This document shows positions 58,817 to 64,000 of a stretch of 64,000 bases of DNA, one piece after another. The notes beneath the pieces are model-generated. The model was not told the origin of the DNA, ran no database searches, and saw only the letters and a list, made by a program, of their open reading frames with translations. How positions within the stretch are numbered: the stretch's first letter is position 1; every line of letters starts with the position of its first letter. The translations under genes were made by a program, and so were the position numbers. Source of the stretch: Promethearchaeota archaeon (GTDB lineage Archaea; Asgardarchaeota; Lokiarchaeia; Sigyniarchaeales; SOKP01); contig JAHPZE010000015.1 in the NCBI GenBank assembly GCA_019058365.1, positions 33,873 through 97,872 on the forward strand. Direction: 5' to 3'.

Positions 58817-59629
58817 TTGCGAATAATGAATCTAGGTTTAAAAAATAAGGTTGCATTAGTATTAGCGTCAAGTAAAGGTTTAGGTTTTGCGTGTGCCAAA
58901 GGACTTTACGAAGAGGGTGCTAATGTAGTAATATGTAGCCGTTCTGAAGATAATTTAAATATCGCCAAGAAGGAAATTGAAGCGTTAGAATCCATTAATT
59001 CAAGTAATAAGGTTTTTCCAATTGTGGTAGATTTAATGCATGAAGAACAAATAGAGAATCTTGTAAAGAAAGCTTTGAATGAATTTGGAAGGATAGATAT
59101 TCTTATTCATAATGCGGGTGGACCCCCTTCAGGTCCAATTGATAAAATCACTAAAGAAGAGTGGTCAAATTCAATTGATTTAAACCTCCGTTCTTTTATT
59201 AATATAACAGATATGGTTATTCCAATAATGAAGAATCAAAAAGAAGGCAGGATTATCGCTATTACATCCGTATCTGTTAAGCAACCCTTAAATAATTTAG
59301 TATTATCAAATACAACTAGATTAGGAGTTGTAGGATTTGCTAAAACTCTAGCAAATGAATATGGAAAGGATAATATTTTAGTCAATGTTGTATGTCCTGG
59401 GCCAACGCTTACCGATCGTATGAAAGAATTAATCGATACAACAGTAAAAAATACAGGAAAATCTTATGAGGAGGTTGAAACAACATGGATAAATCCTATA
59501 CCATTAGGACGATTAGGAAAACCTGAAGAATTAGCAAATTTAGTGGTATTTTTGGCATCTAAAAGAGCCAGTTATATTACTGGAACAGTTATTCAAGTAG
59601 ATGGTGGGTTTGTAAAAAGTGCTTTTTAA
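58817..59629 (+). CDS. short-chain dehydrogenase/reductase (FabG-like)
   Basis: ASSKGLG, HNAGGP, LSNTTR, VCPG and GRLGKPEE...VDGG. Confidence 0.93.
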   Translation: MRIMNLGLKNKVALVLASSKGLGFACAKGLYEEGANVVICSRSEDNLNIAKKEIEALESINSSNKVFPIVVDLMHEEQIENLVKKALNEFGRIDILIHNAGGPPSGPIDKITKEEWSNSIDLNLRSFINITDMVIPIMKNQKEGRIIAITSVSVKQPLNNLVLSNTTRLGVVGFAKTLANEYGKDNILVNVVCPGPTLTDRMKELIDTTVKNTGKSYEEVETTWINPIPLGRLGKPEELANLVVFLASKRASYITGTVIQVDGGFVKSAF

Positions 59630-59842
59630 ACTAAATTTATTGAGATATTACTTTCATAATTTAAGTATTTAAACTAGAATATACTAATTTTTATTGATAA
59701 ACAGAAAAGATTTTAATATACTATATTGATATTACTATCCTATATTTTATTCTAATAACATATATATTGATTGTCAATTAAATATTAATTTAAATTGTAT
59801 TTATAGATATAAATAATATAATAATTTAAGAAGTGAGTGAGA

Positions 59843-62800
59843 TTGCCCGTAAAAAAGTTTAGGTATCTACAGGTTAACAGAATTAATAAAAAAAAGATTT
59901 TAGCATTGTCATTCTTATTTTTTAGTTTCTTCTTTATTACTTTTTCAAATAATTTTAATATAAATCGTATTATTAATCAAAATGAACAAATTAATGAAGA
60001 TATAGGAGTTGGAAATTTAAAAACTCAAGATCTAAGCGTTGATAATATTTTTAGTGGTATTGGAGAGCCTTGGAAGGTATCTCATTGGGCAAATAGAACG
60101 GATTATAACCTACTTGTAAGTTTTAACAACGGCACTTCTGATACAAAATATATGAGTTTAGGAAGTGGTTGGGAGGGTTATCAATTGAATGGAACCATAA
60201 AAAATTTATATGATAAAAGGAATTGGGTAAATGGAACTTTTGAAGCGGGGAATGATGATGGTACTTTTGGAACAAATGAAAATGATAGTAATGATGTCCT
60301 AAATTGGACCTTTGTTAAGAGCGACATTATTGGATATACAAATCCAATGAGTGGAAATTATTATGATGATGGTAATGCTGAAACACAATATCAAAACTGT
60401 TTAGAATTAAGAATAACTGGTGGTGGATCAGGTAGAGGATATGATCAAGGTGATGCTTGCTATTGGTATACAGATTTCGTAATACCTAGAGGTGATGTTA
60501 TTGATGGGGAAATAAATTTTGCTGTATATCCTCAACAATTTAATGGTTATGGAAATCATTTTGTTTTTCAGGTCTTGATAAATGATGTAAATGTTTATAC
60601 AAGAGGATTGCTAGCTTTGGTTGAAGAATGTCCTGATCCAATTAATGGAGATTGGTTAAATGTAATTGTACCTTTAGATGTTTATTTTGACAATATCCAA
60701 GTATTTCCTGATAATGTTAAAGACATGAACGTTACATTAAAATTTAAAAGAGTTGGAGAAACACTAGATACACCGAGTTATTTACCTAATTATCGTGTTT
60801 TTGTTGATAATGTATCGTTGATTGTAAAAACTCAAGTTAATGCTACTCAAATCGGTTTAAGGATGAATAATGAACCTGTAGTTGATGGTGAAGGATGGGG
60901 AAACGGGAAAGTTTCACAAATTAGTACTTGGACATCTTCTCCAGTAAATATTCAATTCGATAGTACTGAAGCGAATCCATCCCCGGAAATGGGTGGATAT
61001 GAGGTTGAATTTGAAACAGATTTAAATTTGTATGCGAAAAAAATCGATGATAATTCTGATTATAAACCTAATTTTGATGGTGTAAATTTCGAAGTAAGCA
61101 ATAATAGTTATGTAGAATGGGAAACCTATGCACGTGTATCTGTTCCTACTGGATATGAGGAAACAAATATGTCAATTGTATTCCCTGAAGATGTGAATAT
61201 AACATGGATTTCAAACGCAGAATATCCGAATACTAATATGTTAAAATACTGCGATAATTCAACTCTAGGGATATTAAAAGTGTTTAACTTTTCAGAAACA
61301 CCAGATGGGTTTTGGTGGGTAAAAGGAAGATCACCAAATTATTGTAGTGATTTGAAAATTTATAATAATGCTACAGGATCATGGATACTTGATAATACAT
61401 TCTTTAGTGGAGAATATATTAATATTACAGCAGAAATTGGAAATTCAGTTGGATGCCTTGATATATCAAATTATATAGAAAATACTCAAGCACAATTATA
61501 TTTAAAATTTCCAAATGGCACGATTTGGACAGCAGAAAATCAAATAAAGCCAGTCGCTGATACTGGAATTGTGCATTTTGATCCTATTTTAATACCTTCT
61601 GATGCTCCAAATTACGAAGTAGGTAATTACCATGCAATTATTACATGGAATAATTCATATTCTAGTTCTAATTTAAATGAAACAGGGCTTATATACAAAA
61701 CTTTTACTGTTAACCATAATTCAACATTAATTCCTGATGAGTACATTTATACAAATATATATGAAGGAGATACAGTAAATCTAAAGGTCTCATTTTACGA
61801 TCCAAAGAATGATAAACCGATAGAGGATGCAAATATCTCTTTAACAAACTTTACCGGGGGTATTCAATATTTTGATGAGATAAATCCGGGCTATTATTTA
61901 CTTATCTTTAATACATCAGGAGGTAATGCTGGAGACAATAATCTTACTATTTATGCCACTCATCCTTCATATCAAAATAATGAAGTTAATATTACTATAG
62001 AAGTAATCTATTATACTAGTCTTACTGCTGAAGAATATCCTAGTATAGAAGTCCCTTGGAATAATAATGTTACAATACATCTCAATTATACCGTTACATC
62101 AGATGACTCTCCTATTATGAATGCTAATCCAACAGTTTACTGGAATGATGACTGGTCTATCAAATCGGGAAACGGACTATATAATATAACTTGTAATACT
62201 TCAAAATATCAAGTGAACACAGCTCATAATTTAAGAATTAAATTTGATGAAATCGGATATGAATCTCAAACAATAATAATTTCAATTGACGTTGTTGAAC
62301 GGGATACATATATTGATGAGATTTTTATAAATAATCATGATTGTACACTTAATAGATCTTATAATATACAACCGGGAGATTTAATGAATATTACAGTTAA
62401 ATATAAGGATAATGACGCAGGTGGAAGTCTTATCCATGATGCGATGGTTACTTTGAATGGAACAGGTATAGGAGAAATCTTTACAGATAATATTAATTTC
62501 TATAACCTTACATTAAATACTACACAATTAAGTATTGGGATATATTTTTTAAATATAATCGCTCATAAAGACAATTATACGGCAATAACTGAATTATTAA
62601 CTATTAATGTATATCAAATAGAAACAGACTTAACTTTATTCATAGATGGTGCGGATGTAACATCTGATCCTTCAATTACTCGATACCGAAACGAAATGAT
62701 TAATGTTACAGTTTCGTATGACAGGTCTGTTCCATTTGGTCATATTCCTGGTGCAATTGTGGACATAAATGGTTCAGGAGTATCAGAGCTTCTTCCTGAA

Positions 62801-64000
62801 GCTTTCAATAATTATTCGGTGCTTATTAATACAACTGATTTAAGTCAAGGAGCAAATTTCTTAGCTATATTCGCTCGAAAAATAGGATTTGAAGCTCATT
62901 CGATTTCACTTGTTATAAATATTATTCGAATAGAAACAAATCTAACTTTATTCATAGATGGTGCGGATATAACATCTGACCCCTCAATTAATCGATATCC
63001 AAACGAAATGATTAATATTACAGTTTCATATGATAGATCTATTCCATTTGGTCATATTCCTGGTGCTACTGTGGACATAAATGGTTCAGGAGTATCAGAG
63101 CTTCTTCCCGAAGCTTTCAATAATTATTCGGTGCTTATTAATACAACTGATTTAAGTCAAGGAGTAAATTTCCTAACTATATTCGCTCAAAAAGATGATT
63201 ATGAATCTCAGAGTATTTTACTTGTTATAAATATCATTCAAATAGAAACAGATTTATCATTATTTATAGATGGTGAGGATATAACATCTGATCCCTCAAT
63301 TACCCGATATCCAAACGAAATAATAAATGTTACAGTTTCATATGATAGATCTATTACAGTGAGCCATATTCCTGGTGCTACTGTGGACATAAATGGTTCA
63401 GGAATCTCAGAGTTAATTTATGAGGCTTTCAATAATTATTCGGTACTTATAAATACGAACGATTTAAATCAAGGAGCAAACTTCTTAACAATTTATGCTC
63501 GAAAAAATGGATATGAGCCTCAGACTATTTCACTTGTTATACAGATTATTCAAATTGAAACGGATTTATCATTATTTATAGATGGTGAGGATGTAACATC
63601 AGATCCATCAATCAACAGATATCCAAATGAAACCCTCAATATTACTGTTTCATATGACAGGTCTGTTCCATTCAGTCATATTCCTGGTGCTACTGTGGAT
63701 ATTAATGGTTCAGGAATCTCAGAGTTAATTTATGAAGCTTTCAATAATTATTCGGTACTTATAAATACAAATGATTTAAATCAAGGAGCAAACTTCCTAA
63801 CAATTTATGCTCGAAAAAATGGATATGAACCTCAGACTATTTTACTTGTTATACAGATTATTCAAATTGAAACGGATTTATCATTATTTATAAATGGTGA
63901 GGATGTAACATCTGATCCCTCAATTACCCGATATCCAAATGAAATCCTCAATATTACTGTTTCATATGACAGGTCTGTTCCATTCAGTCATATTCCTGGT
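59843..64000 (+). CDS. giant secreted/cell-surface glycoprotein with tandem Ig-like repeats (3' partial, at least 1386 aa)
   Basis: TTG start; basic N-terminus followed by a hydrophobic signal (KKILALSFLFFSFFFITF); same frame open at all positions checked up to the window end; many N-x-S/T sequons; absent from the ORF track because it has no stop in the window. Confidence 0.85.
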   Translation, partial: MPVKKFRYLQVNRINKKKILALSFLFFSFFFITFSNNFNINRIINQNEQINEDIGVGNLKTQDLSVDNIFSGIGEPWKVSHWANRTDYNLLVSFNNGTSDTKYMSLGSGWEGYQLNGTIKNLYDKRNWVNGTFEAGNDDGTFGTNENDSNDVLNWTFVKSDIIGYTNPMSGNYYDDGNAETQYQNCLELRITGGGSGRGYDQGDACYWYTDFVIPRGDVIDGEINFAVYPQQFNGYGNHFVFQVLINDVNVYTRGLLALVEECPDPINGDWLNVIVPLDVYFDNIQVFPDNVKDMNVTLKFKRVGETLDTPSYLPNYRVFVDNVSLIVKTQVNATQIGLRMNNEPVVDGEGWGNGKVSQISTWTSSPVNIQFDSTEANPSPEMGGYEVEFETDLNLYAKKIDDNSDYKPNFDGVNFEVSNNSYVEWETYARVSVPTGYEETNMSIVFPEDVNITWISNAEYPNTNMLKYCDNSTLGILKVFNFSETPDGFWWVKGRSPNYCSDLKIYNNATGSWILDNTFFSGEYINITAEIGNSVGCLDISNYIENTQAQLYLKFPNGTIWTAENQIKPVADTGIVHFDPILIPSDAPNYEVGNYHAIITWNNSYSSSNLNETGLIYKTFTVNHNSTLIPDEYIYTNIYEGDTVNLKVSFYDPKNDKPIEDANISLTNFTGGIQYFDEINPGYYLLIFNTSGGNAGDNNLTIYATHPSYQNNEVNITIEVIYYTSLTAEEYPSIEVPWNNNVTIHLNYTVTSDDSPIMNANPTVYWNDDWSIKSGNGLYNITCNTSKYQVNTAHNLRIKFDEIGYESQTIIISIDVVERDTYIDEIFINNHDCTLNRSYNIQPGDLMNITVKYKDNDAGGSLIHDAMVTLNGTGIGEIFTDNINFYNLTLNTTQLSIGIYFLNIIAHKDNYTAITELLTINVYQIETDLTLFIDGADVTSDPSITRYRNEMINVTVSYDRSVPFGHIPGAIVDINGSGVSELLPEAFNNYSVLINTTDLSQGANFLAIFARKIGFEAHSISLVINIIRIETNLTLFIDGADITSDPSINRYPNEMINITVSYDRSIPFGHIPGATVDINGSGVSELLPEAFNNYSVLINTTDLSQGVNFLTIFAQKDDYESQSILLVINIIQIETDLSLFIDGEDITSDPSITRYPNEIINVTVSYDRSITVSHIPGATVDINGSGISELIYEAFNNYSVLINTNDLNQGANFLTIYARKNGYEPQTISLVIQIIQIETDLSLFIDGEDVTSDPSINRYPNETLNITVSYDRSVPFSHIPGATVDINGSGISELIYEAFNNYSVLINTNDLNQGANFLTIYARKNGYEPQTILLVIQIIQIETDLSLFINGEDVTSDPSITRYPNEILNITVSYDRSVPFSHIPG
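62615..64000 (+). repeat. 312-bp (104-aa) intragenic tandem repeat, at least 4.4 copies
   Basis: The unit QIETDL.LFIDG.DVTSDPSI.RYPNE..N.TVSYDRS...HIPGATVDINGSG starts at 62615, 62927, 63239, 63551 and 63863. Confidence 0.93.

Noticed and set aside
62615-64000. CRISPR array or other non-coding repeat
   Set aside because: The period is 312 bp, in frame, with no unique spacers; it is a protein domain repeat.

Overview
Very AT-rich archaeal DNA, most likely from an Asgard archaeon (Lokiarchaeia-like). This is inferred from nine small GTPases, roadblock and longin/uDENN-like domains, archaeal-type HisKA kinases and GGTG/GAGG Shine-Dalgarno motifs. The left end (0.4-11.3 kb) holds housekeeping and metabolic genes: uppS, a GCS2-type ligase, a URO-D/corrinoid pair, a transporter, HEPN-MNT and an amidohydrolase. 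The centre (about 11.5-58.4 kb) is a 47-kb signalling island. It carries 9 histidine kinases, 5 stand-alone receivers, a complete RsbR-RsbS-RsbT-RsbT/X stressosome operon and an RHH-DHp-REC regulator, interleaved with 9 Rag/Arf/Rab-like GTPases and longin/roadblock proteins. Several genes fuse the two kinds of domain: a 7TM-longin histidine kinase, a uDENN/longin-pseudo-DHp protein, GTPase-wHTH proteins and an Arf-like GTPase with a polyproline/WH2-like tail. The best candidate for an undescribed system is this coupling of two-component/stressosome phosphorelay to eukaryote-like small GTPase switches. The right end has a small Cys-rich ORF, an SDR and the start of a giant surface protein with 312-bp tandem repeats that runs off the window. 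I saw no rRNA, tRNA, CRISPR array or transposase. All domain calls were made by eye from motifs; no database search was run.
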